NCBI GenBank assembly: GCA_039589315.1
Contig: JBDHHQ010000005.1
Coordinates: 1-64,000, forward strand
DNA length: 64,000 nt
Source: Gemmatimonadota bacterium
Lineage (GTDB): Bacteria; Gemmatimonadota; Gemmatimonadetes; Longimicrobiales; Gaopeijiaceae
Direction: 5' to 3'
Shown here: in pieces, positions 29,345 through 39,203 of the stretch
How positions within the stretch are numbered: the stretch's first letter is position 1
Layout of the letters: each line of letters starts with the position of its first letter
The notes under the pieces: model-generated
Databases searched by the model: none
Told to the model about the DNA's origin: nothing
What the model saw: only the letters and a program-made list of their open reading frames with translations
Made by a program: the position numbers and the translations under genes

Positions 29345-30319
29345 TCAGGCGCGGGCGTCTCCATGTGCCGGCGGGCCCGCCGCCTCGGGGCGCGCGTCCT
29401 GGGATACGCCCAGCCACCGCAGCGAGGCGCCGGGCACGTCCATGATGGACCCGAGCTCCGCGGCCCGCAGTGACGCATCCGGCCCCACCACCAGCCCCAG
29501 GGCTGGATTGCGGGTGTGCCCGCCGCGCGTGTCCTCGATATTCCCATGGTCACTGACCACGAGCACCACCGTGTCGGAGTCGCCGGCCGCCAGAAGGCCC
29601 TGGAGGAAGGCGTCCACTCGCTCGAGCGCCCCGACGGCCCCGTCCATGCCGCCGCGGTGTCCCGCGTAGTCGGTGCTGTAGTGGGCGAAGAAGGTGAGGC
29701 GGGCGCCCCGGGCGACCCGGGCCAGGTTGCCGCCCGCCTGCTCAGGTGACGGGTCCGGCAGGGAGGCGTGCCCCAGGTGCGTGCGCCAGCCCGTGTTGAC
29801 GATCTCGCTGGCTACGGCGTCGCCCCGGGCGAGGTCCTCGTGGTCCCGGGTCAGCAGGCCGGCGGAGCGGGCCGCCAGTGGCGGCGCGGCCAGGCGTCGG
29901 GCCGATCGCTCGCCGGGCCACGATCGCGGATAGGCGTTGGCGAACTCCGTGTCGATCCCCGCCGCCAGCGCGAGTCGCAGCAAGCTTTCAGCCTCCAGCA
30001 GCGGCCGGAGCGCCACGGGCGTCCACGGACCGAAGTGCCGGCCGAACCGGCGCGCGGCGTTCCGTCCGGTGAGGAGGGCGGTCTGGCCGGTGCCGCTCTG
30101 GGGGGTTCCCTCGACGCCCAGCGTCGCGTCGAGCGGTGCCACTGCCGCCCCGTTATTCGTGAGGGCCGGCTCGTCCAGGGTCGGAACACCCCCGAGAGCT
30201 TTGCGCAGCCAGGGTAACCGCGCACTCAGAAAAGGGTTGTGCGTGGCGCTGGAGGGACCGATGCCGACGCCGTCCAGGAACACCAGAATGACCCGCCCGA
30301 CGGGCCGGGGCGCCACCAC
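29345..30319 (-). CDS. alkaline-phosphatase-superfamily metalloenzyme (phosphoglycerate/phosphopentomutase-like)
   Basis: FLDGVGIG, PQSGTGQT, TDYAGH, SDHGNIED, HTRNP. Confidence 0.8.
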   Translation of the reverse strand: MVAPRPVGRVILVFLDGVGIGPSSATHNPFLSARLPWLRKALGGVPTLDEPALTNNGAAVAPLDATLGVEGTPQSGTGQTALLTGRNAARRFGRHFGPWTPVALRPLLEAESLLRLALAAGIDTEFANAYPRSWPGERSARRLAAPPLAARSAGLLTRDHEDLARGDAVASEIVNTGWRTHLGHASLPDPSPEQAGGNLARVARGARLTFFAHYSTDYAGHRGGMDGAVGALERVDAFLQGLLAAGDSDTVVLVVSDHGNIEDTRGGHTRNPALGLVVGPDASLRAAELGSIMDVPGASLRWLGVSQDARPEAAGPPAHGDARA

Positions 30320-30416
30320 CTCGCTCAGCCGAAGCGGGCGGAGACCAATCCGGGCCCAGGCTCGGACCGAGCATCCCCCGGGGGGTCGCGACGCATGGGA
30401 CCGACGTGTGCGGCGG

Positions 30417-30977
30417 TCAGAGGGCCGGGCGAACGTCGATGGTGACCTGGACGGCCACGTGGCCCATGTCGGCCCGCTCCCGCACGCCGTCCCGGACTCG
30501 GGGCTCCACCTTCTTGAAGGCGGCCATGACGCCGTCCCGAAGGTGTTTGCGCAGGAGTCGCATGGCGTTCACGTCCGGGCGACTCGTCTGGGTCTCCTTC
30601 TTCATCTCTTCCAGGTCATCGGGATGGATCTCGAACGGCACCATGCCGATGTCGTCGGGCCGGCGGGAGTCCAGGTACTGGATGGAAACGGACACATCGC
30701 CGCGCGCGTGGTGCTTGGGTATGTCTCCGATGGCTCGGAACCGGGCCGCGAGGGGCGCCAGCTCGGCAGTTTGGGCTGCAGCCGTGTAGCCGCGCTCCAC
30801 GAGTTGGAAGATGCGTCGCACGCGCTCGGTGCTCGTTGCGCCGCTGCCCAAGGGCTCCGTGTCGAGCTCCCGTCCCACGGCCTGTCGGTCCGTCCGGGTC
30901 CTGGGCGCCTGCTCTTCCCGGCTGCGCTGTCTGTCGATGTTCTCGAGGATTCGGTCGGGGTTGGTCCGAAAGCTCAT
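30417..30977 (-). CDS. conserved hypothetical protein
   Basis: MSFRTNPDRILENID...; high-GC3 coding pattern; no motif recognised. Confidence 0.7.
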   Translation of the reverse strand: MSFRTNPDRILENIDRQRSREEQAPRTRTDRQAVGRELDTEPLGSGATSTERVRRIFQLVERGYTAAAQTAELAPLAARFRAIGDIPKHHARGDVSVSIQYLDSRRPDDIGMVPFEIHPDDLEEMKKETQTSRPDVNAMRLLRKHLRDGVMAAFKKVEPRVRDGVRERADMGHVAVQVTIDVRPAL

Positions 30978-31149
30978 CCGCCCCCCCGGGGCTGGTTTGA
31001 CGTGGAATCCAGGATTCGAATCCAAAAGGACTCTGACGATAACGCCTCGGGCCCACCCGGGCTACCGGCCTCGGCCTTGAAGAATGGCTCGTCGTGCGCG
31101 TAGTTGAGGCAGAGGCGCCGGATCTGCTTCAAAGGAGAGGACACCGCCA

Positions 31150-31830
31150 ATGTCAGACCAGGGCTCCCAGCTGCCGTCGCTACCCCGACGCCTTCTCGCC
31201 GTCTTTCTTTCCCCCGGTGACCTCTTCGAGCGGTTGTCCAGGGACCCGGCCTGGGTAGGCGCGCTCGTGCTGGGCGCGGTGCTGGGAGCCGGCGCGGCCA
31301 TCCTCGTGCCGCCCGAGCTGTACGAAGCCGGGATGAGGGAGCAGCTCGTTCGTGCGGGCCGACCGGTGCCGGACGACCTGTCGGCCGCCGCCAACATCGC
31401 TCGCATATTCGGGTCGCTGGCAGCCCTCGTGATCGGTCCGATCCTCACGGCCGCCATGGCCGGGGTCGTGGCCTTCATCTTCACCTTCGTATTCGGCGAT
31501 CAGGGTACCTACCGGCAGCACCTTGCAGTCGTGGCGCACGCCTTCCTCGTTCCCGCCGTGAGCGCGCTCGCGCTCGTGCCGCTCAAGGTCCAGGCGGCGG
31601 ACCTTCGGCTGCGCCTGAGCGTAGGGACCTTTCTGCCCTTCCTGGAGGAGGGGTGGCTCTCGTCCGCCCTGGGCTGGCTGGACCTCTTCGGGATCTGGGG
31701 CTGGGTGCTCGTGGCACTCGGCGTGAGCAAGATCGACCCCAAGAGATCGTGGGGTAGCGCGGCGTCGGTGATCCTCGCACTGGTGGTCTTCGTGACCGTT
31801 GTCGTGGCGGTCATCGTGGCCCTCCGCTGA
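31150..31830 (+). CDS. Yip1 family membrane protein
   Basis: GGAGAGG RBS; VFLSPGDLFERL, five TM segments, LDLFGIW. Confidence 0.8.
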   Translation: MSDQGSQLPSLPRRLLAVFLSPGDLFERLSRDPAWVGALVLGAVLGAGAAILVPPELYEAGMREQLVRAGRPVPDDLSAAANIARIFGSLAALVIGPILTAAMAGVVAFIFTFVFGDQGTYRQHLAVVAHAFLVPAVSALALVPLKVQAADLRLRLSVGTFLPFLEEGWLSSALGWLDLFGIWGWVLVALGVSKIDPKRSWGSAASVILALVVFVTVVVAVIVALR

Positions 31831-32004
31831 CGCACTCGACCGGGGGTGCCGTCGGGGCATATCTTTGCGGCTTCCCCCAGAGCGGGGGCCTGGTCCCAAG
31901 GCGACTCGGATCGAGCTCCGAGCCCGCAGCGCGTCCCGTGGCTCCGGCGAAGCGCCGCCGAGGGTCTCTCGGCAGTGAACACGAGCGCTGGAGAGCCGGA
32001 TCCG

Positions 32005-33837
32005 ATGACGCAGCGGTGTTCCGCCACCCGCCTGGGGGTGCTTGCAGCGGCGGCTGTGCTGGCGCCCGTGGGCGCCACGACACTGGCCGGCCAGTCCCCG
32101 GGCTTGACGCCACGGGTGACGGTTCAGGTGGGCCTGAATCCTCACCAGATCGCCTTCTCTCCCGACGGCGCGCGCGTGTACGTGGCAGCCGCGGGCTCCG
32201 ATCGCATAGCGATCCTGGACAGCGGGAGCGCGCAGGTACGCACCTCGCTCGAGGTGCCGGGGACCCCCATGGGCGTGGCCGTTCTGGACGGCGGCTCCTC
32301 GCTGGTGGTGTCGCGCTTCGGATCCGACCGGCTTGCCCGTGTCGGCGCCAGCGCCGGCGCGCTCCTCGAGGAGCTACACGTAGGTGGCGCGCCCTCCCTC
32401 CTGATCGGGCCCTTCCGCGGACAGCGCCTGCTGGTCAGCTCCGAGGCTACGGACCGGCTGCTCGTGGTCGATACGGAGTCCTTCCAGCTCGAGGCCACCG
32501 TTCCGGTGGGCAGGCGGCCATTTCCACCGTCCGCCACGTCGGACGGACGCGTGGCGCTGGTACCCGGCTACGACGACGGCACCGTCACCCGCGTGGACGT
32601 CGCCGCCGGACAGGCCGTATGGCAGCTGGAGGTGGGCGACCGACCCAGCGGAGGAGCGGTACTGCCCGGCGACACCCTCTACGCGGTCGCGATCCGGGGC
32701 GAGGACCGCGTTGCGCTCGTCGACATCGACCGGGGCCGGGTCGTCGGCGACGTGCGCGAGGGCATCGGTGACGAGCCGTTCTCCGTGGTCGTGTCACCGG
32801 CGCTCCGGGTGGCGTTCGTGAACAACACGGCCAGTCACGACATCTCGGTGATCGATCTCTCCACCCTGGAGGTCGTCGAGCGCGTGCCCGTGCCCGAGAT
32901 TCCCATCGTCATGGCCGTCCACCCGGACGGAGGCTCCCTTTGGGTCTCGTCGGAGGGCCAGGACGGAGTCACGGTCCTGGATATCCCTGCGTCGTACCGC
33001 GGGGAGGCGCTCGCGGCCCTGCAAGGGCCGGGCGGGACCGACATCTGGGTGGCCGATCTGGTGGATCGAGAGGGCTGGCCGCAGCTCAGGTCCCTCCGCC
33101 GGGTCACGGACCGAGTGGGGTACGACAACCAGCCCCACCTGCTGCCTGGAGGACGGGTCCTCCTCTACACGTCGGTAGACGGTCAGGGTCAGGCGGACAT
33201 CTGGCGGGCCGACCTCGAGTCCACCGTCGCGGAGCCGTTCGCGCGCACGGCGCCCGAGAGCGAATACTCGGCCACGCTGATGCCAGACGGGCGCTCGATC
33301 TCGGTCGTACGCGTCGAGGCCGACTCCACCCAACGCCTCTGGCGGTTCGACCGTGACGGCGAGGACCCCGAGCTGATCGTGGAGGGCGTGGCGCCCGTGG
33401 GCTATCACGTCTGGGCGGACGAGGCGACGGTGGTGGTGTTCGTGCTCGGCGACCCTCCGACCCTACAAGTGGTGGACGTGGAGTCGGGAGCGGCGAGGGT
33501 GGTGGCGGAACGGGTGGGTCGGTCCCTGCATCGCATTCCGAACCGTGAGGCCATCTCCTTCGTGGAGTTCGACGAGCGCGGCTCCGCCACCATCAGGGCG
33601 CTGGACGTGGCGAGCGGAGTCACCACGACCCTGGTGCCGGCCCGATCGGGAAGCCAGGACCATGCCTGGACCCCGGACGGCGTCCTGCTGATGGCTGAGG
33701 GCTCGGAGCTCCACACGTGGACCCCCGAGGGCGGTTGGCGGTTCGTGGCGGACCTGGCCGCGCAGGGGCTCCGCGAGATCACGCGCCTGGCCGTGAGCCC
33801 GGAAGGTGACGTGCTCGCACTGGTGGCGAGTCGTTAG
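32005..33837 (+). CDS. secreted two-propeller protein: YVTN/YncE-type propeller fused to a TolB/PD40-like propeller
   Basis: Signal peptide; repeats VGLNPHQIAFSPDG, VGRRPF, VGDRPSG; second half GYDNQP, SEYSATLMPDG, PVGYHVW, ITRLAVSPEG. Confidence 0.75.
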   Translation: MTQRCSATRLGVLAAAAVLAPVGATTLAGQSPGLTPRVTVQVGLNPHQIAFSPDGARVYVAAAGSDRIAILDSGSAQVRTSLEVPGTPMGVAVLDGGSSLVVSRFGSDRLARVGASAGALLEELHVGGAPSLLIGPFRGQRLLVSSEATDRLLVVDTESFQLEATVPVGRRPFPPSATSDGRVALVPGYDDGTVTRVDVAAGQAVWQLEVGDRPSGGAVLPGDTLYAVAIRGEDRVALVDIDRGRVVGDVREGIGDEPFSVVVSPALRVAFVNNTASHDISVIDLSTLEVVERVPVPEIPIVMAVHPDGGSLWVSSEGQDGVTVLDIPASYRGEALAALQGPGGTDIWVADLVDREGWPQLRSLRRVTDRVGYDNQPHLLPGGRVLLYTSVDGQGQADIWRADLESTVAEPFARTAPESEYSATLMPDGRSISVVRVEADSTQRLWRFDRDGEDPELIVEGVAPVGYHVWADEATVVVFVLGDPPTLQVVDVESGAARVVAERVGRSLHRIPNREAISFVEFDERGSATIRALDVASGVTTTLVPARSGSQDHAWTPDGVLLMAEGSELHTWTPEGGWRFVADLAAQGLREITRLAVSPEGDVLALVASR

Positions 33838-33911
33838 GGAAGGTGCCTCAGGGCTGCTCGTTGGGCATCCGCGAGAGCACCCCGCGAAACCGCAATGCCC
33901 GAGAGGGAACG

Positions 33912-35636
33912 ATGAAACGACGTTGGCTGACCCACGCCTGCCTGTTCTCGGTGGTGGCGGGTTGCGCGGACGGGCCCCGCTACGACGTGCTGATCAGCGG
34001 GGGCATGGTCTACGACGGAACGGGCGAGGCGCCCTACGTGGGAGACGTGGGCGTGATCGGTGACCGCGTGGCCGCCGTGGGCGACCTGTCGGGTGCTCGG
34101 GCCGCCGACACGATCGCCGCATCGGGCCTGGCCGTGTCTCCTGGGTTCGTGAACATGCTCTCGTGGGCCACGGAGTCGCTGATCATCGATGGCCGTTCCC
34201 AAGGCGACATCCGGCAGGGCGTGACCCTGGAGGTCTTCGGTGAAGGTGTCTCCATGGGTCCCTTGAGCGAGGAGATGAAGGCCGATTACCTGGACGACTT
34301 CGTCGCCTACGTGGGGTCGGAAGAGGTCGCGGCCGAGCTTCTCGGAGGTCGGCTCGAGGTACCCTGGACCACCCTCAGTGAGTACCTCGCGTTTCTCGAG
34401 GCAAAGGGAGTCGCCCCGAACGTGGCCTCCTTCCTCGGCGCGACGACGGTACGGGTCCACGAGATCGGATACGCGGATCGGCCGCCCGCGCAGGACGAGT
34501 TGGGCCGGATGCTGGAGCTCGTCCACGCCGCCATGCGCGAAGGGGCCATGGGGATCGGCTCGTCCTTGATCTACGCGCCGGCGTTCTACGCCGAAAGGGA
34601 CGAGCTCATCGCCCTCTCCACCGTGGCTGGCGAGTACGGAGGGATGTACATCTCCCACATGCGGAGCGAGGGCAACCAGCTCCTGGAGGCCGTCGACGAG
34701 CTCATCACGATCTCGAGAGAGGCCGGGCTGCCGGCCGAGATCTACCACTTGAAGGCCGGTGGCCAAGAGAACTGGCCCAAGATGGACCGGGTGATCGAGA
34801 AGGTGGAGGCGGCCCGAGCCGAGGGGCTCCGCATCACCGCCGACATGTACACGTATCCCGCGGCATCCACCGGGCTGGACGCTGCGATGCCTCCCTGGGT
34901 CCAGGAAGGGGGCTACGACGCCTGGGCCGAGCGGCTCGGGGATCCCGCCGTCCGCGCCAGGGTCGCAGCGGAGATGGTGGCCGACCAGAACGAATGGGAG
35001 AACGTGATGCGGGCCGCCGGGCCGGAGGGCACGCTCCTGGTGGGGTTCAGGAACGCCGAGTTGAGGCACTATATCGGCCGAACCCTGGCCGACGTGTCGG
35101 CAGAGCGGGGAACGTCCGCGCAGGAGACCGCCATGGACCTGGTGGTGGAGGACGGCAGCCGTGTCCAGGTGGTCTACTTCCTCATGTCCGAGGAGAACAT
35201 CGAGAAGCAGATCGCCCAACCGTGGGTCGCTTTCGACTCCGACGCGGGATCCATGGCCACCGAGCCACCTTTCACCGACCAGAGCACCCACCCCCGCGCG
35301 TACGGCAACTTCGCCCGTCTCCTGGGCAGGTACGTGCGGGAACGGGGGGTCATCCCCCTCGAAGAGGCGATTCGCCGATTGACCTCTCTGTCCACGACGA
35401 ACCTGGGGATCCGTGACCGGGGACTCCTGGCCCAGGGATACTACGCCGACGTGGTCGTCTTCGACCCCGTGACGATCACCGATCACGCCACGTTCGAGGA
35501 GCCCCACCAGTACTCCACAGGCGTCGTCCACGTCCTGGTCAACGGCACACCGGTCCTGACCGATGGCGAGCACACGGGAGCGATGCCCGGGCGCGTCGTG
35601 CGCGGTCCGGGGTGGTCCGGTGGCGGCGGCGAGTAG
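33912..35636 (+). CDS. N-acyl-D-amino-acid deacylase (D-aminoacylase) family amidohydrolase, predicted lipoprotein
   Basis: Lipobox VVAGC; PGFVNMLSW, YISHMRSE, EIYHLK, ADMYTY, SDAG, HPRAYGNF, ADVVVFDP. Confidence 0.9.
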   Translation: MKRRWLTHACLFSVVAGCADGPRYDVLISGGMVYDGTGEAPYVGDVGVIGDRVAAVGDLSGARAADTIAASGLAVSPGFVNMLSWATESLIIDGRSQGDIRQGVTLEVFGEGVSMGPLSEEMKADYLDDFVAYVGSEEVAAELLGGRLEVPWTTLSEYLAFLEAKGVAPNVASFLGATTVRVHEIGYADRPPAQDELGRMLELVHAAMREGAMGIGSSLIYAPAFYAERDELIALSTVAGEYGGMYISHMRSEGNQLLEAVDELITISREAGLPAEIYHLKAGGQENWPKMDRVIEKVEAARAEGLRITADMYTYPAASTGLDAAMPPWVQEGGYDAWAERLGDPAVRARVAAEMVADQNEWENVMRAAGPEGTLLVGFRNAELRHYIGRTLADVSAERGTSAQETAMDLVVEDGSRVQVVYFLMSEENIEKQIAQPWVAFDSDAGSMATEPPFTDQSTHPRAYGNFARLLGRYVRERGVIPLEEAIRRLTSLSTTNLGIRDRGLLAQGYYADVVVFDPVTITDHATFEEPHQYSTGVVHVLVNGTPVLTDGEHTGAMPGRVVRGPGWSGGGGE

Positions 35637-35731
35637 CGTGGCGGCATCGCGACGTCCGCGTCCCCGCCGTTCGGAGGGCACGGCCCCGACGGGAGGGGCG
35701 AGGTCTCAGGCTCGGGTCGGTATGGGCCAGC

Positions 35732-37624
35732 GTGGCCCCTGAGGTCCCTGGCCCCACGCGAGAGAGCTGGCTCGATCGCCCGGCGGGCCCGCTGATCACG
35801 GCCCTCGCCATCGCCGCGGCCGCGTTTCACCTCTACGCGGCCGGGGTGGCGCCCTTCACCGCGCTGATCCAACGGCCCGTTCACCTGGCCCTCATGGCCT
35901 CGATGGGCTTCCTGGGCCTGGGAGTCCGCAGGTCCGCCACGGGTGAGGGGGGCGTGAGGAGCCGGTGGGCCACCTACCTGGCCCCTCTCCTGGTCCTCGC
36001 GGCGGTGGTGAGCTCCCTCTATCTCGTGACCCAACACGAGGAGCTCGTGCGGCGCACCGGCTCGCCGACGGGGGCCGACCTGGCCCTCGGGGTGCTCGGC
36101 ATCCTGGTTGTCCTCGAGCTCACCCGGCGAACGACCGGGTGGGGCCTGGTCACCGTGGCCGTCCTCGCGCTGGCATACGCGGCGGCGGGCCCCTACCTGC
36201 CAGGCGCGCTGGCCCACCGCGGGTACGGAACGACTAGGCTGGTGGAGCATCTGTACCTCTCCACCGAGGGCATCTGGGGCGTACCTCTGGGGGTCTCGGC
36301 CGACTTCGTCTACCTGTTCATCCTGTTCGGCGCGGTGCTGGATATAGCGGGCGGAGGCACTCTCCTCATTGGTCTGGCCAACCGGGTCGCCGGGGGAACG
36401 CGGGGAGGTCCGGCCAAGACGGCGGCTATCGGCAGTGCCTTCATGGGCTCCCTGTCCGGGAGCGCCGTGGCCAACGTGGTGACGACCGGCACGTTCACCA
36501 TCCCGCTCATGAAGCGTGCCGGATTCAAGCCCTACTTCGCTGGGGCCATCGAGGCCGCCGCGAGCACGGGAGGCCAGCTCATGCCGCCCGTCATGGGCGC
36601 CGGCGCGTTCATCCTGGCCACGTGGACCAACATCCCGTACGTGGAGGTGGCGGCTGCGGCGGTGATTCCGGCGGTCCTGTACTACGTGGCCGTGGTCATG
36701 GCCATCCACTTCCGGGCCGGCCGGATGGGCCTGGAGCCGGCGGGCGAGGGGGAGCGAGAGCCCATCCTACCACGGCTCCACCTCCTGATACCGCTGGTGG
36801 CCATCGTCGTGTTGCTGGTCATGGGTCGGTCACCGATGCGGGCGGCATTCTGGGGCGTTGCCAGCGCGGCCGTCGTGGCCCTCCTGGGCCGTAGTACCCG
36901 TCCGTCGCTGGAGGACGTGAAGCGGGCCGTCGTGGCCGCGGCCGGCGGAACGGTCCAGGTGGCTGCCGCCTGTGCCGCGGCGGGCATCGTGGTGGGCGTC
37001 GCGTCTTTGACCGGAATCGGCCTCCGCATGTCGGAGCTGATCGTGACCGTCTCCGGCGGACAGCTGCCGATCGCCCTCCTCCTGACCGCCGCGGGCTCCA
37101 TCGTGCTGGGTATGGGCCTCCCCACCACGGCCGCTTACGTCGTGTTGGCTGCCCTGGGGGCGCCCGCTCTGGTGGACCTGGGCGTACCGTTGCTGGCGGC
37201 CCACCTCTTCATCTTCTACTTCGGCTGTATCTCGAACGTGACGCCCCCCGTGTCCCTCGCCGCCTACGCGGCGTCCGGCATCGCCGGGTCTCCGCCCCTC
37301 CGAACCGCCGGGTACGCCATGACACTGGCGGCCGCTGGCTTCCTGGTGCCGTTCATGTTCGTCTACGGGCCGCCCTTGCTGCTGGACGGGAGCGTGGCCG
37401 AGATCCTCATGGCGTTGGCCACGGCGGTCGTGGGCGTGATCGCGTTGGCCGGGAGCACCATGGGCTTTGCCCGTCGCCCCCTGGCTCCCTGGGAACGCCT
37501 GCTGCTCGGCGGGGCCTCCGTCGCGTTGATGATGCCCGGGTGGCCCAGCGATCTCGTGGGCTTCGTCATCGTGGGGCTCCTCTTCTCGCGGGCGGGGCCT
37601 GGCGATGCGGGCCAGGGCGAGTAG
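35732..37624 (+). CDS. TRAP transporter fused 4TM/12TM permease (TAXI-type)
   Basis: GGPAKTA, SGSAVANVVTTGTFTIPLMK, AIEAAASTGGQLMPPVMGA, LGMGLPTTAAY, VTPPV. Confidence 0.92.
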   Translation: MAPEVPGPTRESWLDRPAGPLITALAIAAAAFHLYAAGVAPFTALIQRPVHLALMASMGFLGLGVRRSATGEGGVRSRWATYLAPLLVLAAVVSSLYLVTQHEELVRRTGSPTGADLALGVLGILVVLELTRRTTGWGLVTVAVLALAYAAAGPYLPGALAHRGYGTTRLVEHLYLSTEGIWGVPLGVSADFVYLFILFGAVLDIAGGGTLLIGLANRVAGGTRGGPAKTAAIGSAFMGSLSGSAVANVVTTGTFTIPLMKRAGFKPYFAGAIEAAASTGGQLMPPVMGAGAFILATWTNIPYVEVAAAAVIPAVLYYVAVVMAIHFRAGRMGLEPAGEGEREPILPRLHLLIPLVAIVVLLVMGRSPMRAAFWGVASAAVVALLGRSTRPSLEDVKRAVVAAAGGTVQVAAACAAAGIVVGVASLTGIGLRMSELIVTVSGGQLPIALLLTAAGSIVLGMGLPTTAAYVVLAALGAPALVDLGVPLLAAHLFIFYFGCISNVTPPVSLAAYAASGIAGSPPLRTAGYAMTLAAAGFLVPFMFVYGPPLLLDGSVAEILMALATAVVGVIALAGSTMGFARRPLAPWERLLLGGASVALMMPGWPSDLVGFVIVGLLFSRAGPGDAGQGE

Positions 37625-37637
37625 ACCGCCGACGCCG

Positions 37638-39119
37638 CTATCGTTCGCCCTCGGGCCTTTCTGGTCGTGACCCCGCCATGCGCTCGATCCGTGACGCAAG
37701 GCTATCGGCCAGGAGGCGGTAGCCCTCCTCCGTGTAGTGAGAGAGGATGCGATAGGGGAAGAGCGACAGGGGATCTTGGTGGGCCGCGAAAATGGGGGTG
37801 ACGTCGATGAGCGGGACTCCGGCGCCGGCGACCTGGGCCAGGATCTCCTCGCGGTGGGGATTCTGGCCCGGATCGTCGGAGAACCGTTCCCGGGCCGGCA
37901 AATACGCGATGACCAGTTGGCCTCCCCATGAAGCCACGTCGTCGCGGCCTCGCTCCAGGATGGCTCGAAACAGATCGGGATCCCAGGGGTGGGCCTCCAC
38001 GACGGTCTCACTACCGATCCTTCCGATCGCCTGACGGAGCTCCCAGAGCTTGAGCCAACGAAACAGCGGGTGGTTGCGGATGCGGCCTCGCCACTCCTCA
38101 CGCGCGGCAATCCACTCCCTCCGGCTCGCCTCCTCCTGTTCCCGAAGGTCGCGGACCCAGACCTCGAGTGCCCGGTCGAGCGCTGGCTGGACCTCGACGA
38201 GCTCCTGGGCGAAGCCGCCCTCGAGGTACCGTAGCAAAAGGTCCTGATCGCCCTCACCTGCCAGGTCTGCGAGGTCGTTCCCCTCAAAGAAGAGCCACAC
38301 CACCAGATCAGGCCGGAGGGGCTCTCCGTACTCCCGCAGCACGGCGAGTTGCCAGAGCGGTCCGCTACCCGACATACCCAGGCTCACCGTGGAAGGGACC
38401 CGGGACCGAAGGGCGGCGCCCGCGGTGTGCGTCGGTGGCACGCACCACCCCTCCGCGTAGGAATCGCCGAGCAGGGCGACCCGGACCGAGTCCGGGCGAT
38501 GAAGGCCGGGTGGGTTGTTGAAGCCGCGCTCGTCAGCGTCGTACCAGAACCACTCCCCCCACTCGTTGCACAGCACCATGAGGCGCCCGGCGACCCCCGG
38601 GGCCAGAGGAAGCAGCTCGCGGCCCTCGACACGGAGCCGTGGGGCCTTCTCGACGCTCTGCGCGTCGAAGCTCGGTAGGGCCGCTCGTCCCATCGCCTCG
38701 AGGTCTTCGATGACCTGGAGCTTCGTGCGGGGATCGAACTCTCCACCCGCCGCGACCACCTGGAGGCACCACGGCCGGTACTCGAGTCCCGCTGGACAGG
38801 CCGAATCTGCAACGGCCGCCGGCAACCCGGTCACGTTGCGGGGTCGCGCGAGGTACGTGAGGACGGCTTCTGCCCCGTAGACGGCAAGTCCGGTGGAGAT
38901 CAGCAGGAGGGCGACATTCACCTGCACCTCTCCCGACGCTCGCAACGCCAGGAGCAGGGCTCCGACCAGCAGCGTCGGCACGACGTAGAAGAGGGCGACG
39001 CTCCCAAAACCCACCAGCTTCCCGTCCAGGTCTGTCATGGCGTAGAGAAAGGCCAGAAACCCCGCCACCACCCCCGCCCAAAGGACGAGGCGCGCTGCCC
39101 TCACGATCCTGTGATCCAT
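37638..39119 (-). CDS. membrane-anchored SGNH/GDSL hydrolase-like protein
   Basis: Three N-terminal TM helices; LLGDSYAEG, SLGMSGSGP, FFEGNDL, C-terminal HYTEEGY. Confidence 0.75.
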   Translation of the reverse strand: MDHRIVRAARLVLWAGVVAGFLAFLYAMTDLDGKLVGFGSVALFYVVPTLLVGALLLALRASGEVQVNVALLLISTGLAVYGAEAVLTYLARPRNVTGLPAAVADSACPAGLEYRPWCLQVVAAGGEFDPRTKLQVIEDLEAMGRAALPSFDAQSVEKAPRLRVEGRELLPLAPGVAGRLMVLCNEWGEWFWYDADERGFNNPPGLHRPDSVRVALLGDSYAEGWCVPPTHTAGAALRSRVPSTVSLGMSGSGPLWQLAVLREYGEPLRPDLVVWLFFEGNDLADLAGEGDQDLLLRYLEGGFAQELVEVQPALDRALEVWVRDLREQEEASRREWIAAREEWRGRIRNHPLFRWLKLWELRQAIGRIGSETVVEAHPWDPDLFRAILERGRDDVASWGGQLVIAYLPARERFSDDPGQNPHREEILAQVAGAGVPLIDVTPIFAAHQDPLSLFPYRILSHYTEEGYRLLADSLASRIERMAGSRPERPEGER

Positions 39120-39203
39120 GCGCTATCCCTCGCGTTCCCGAGCCGCTCGTCGCGACCGCGGCTCGCCGAACCTGGGACCGGCGTCACCAGCTCGCCAGAG
39201 TCC

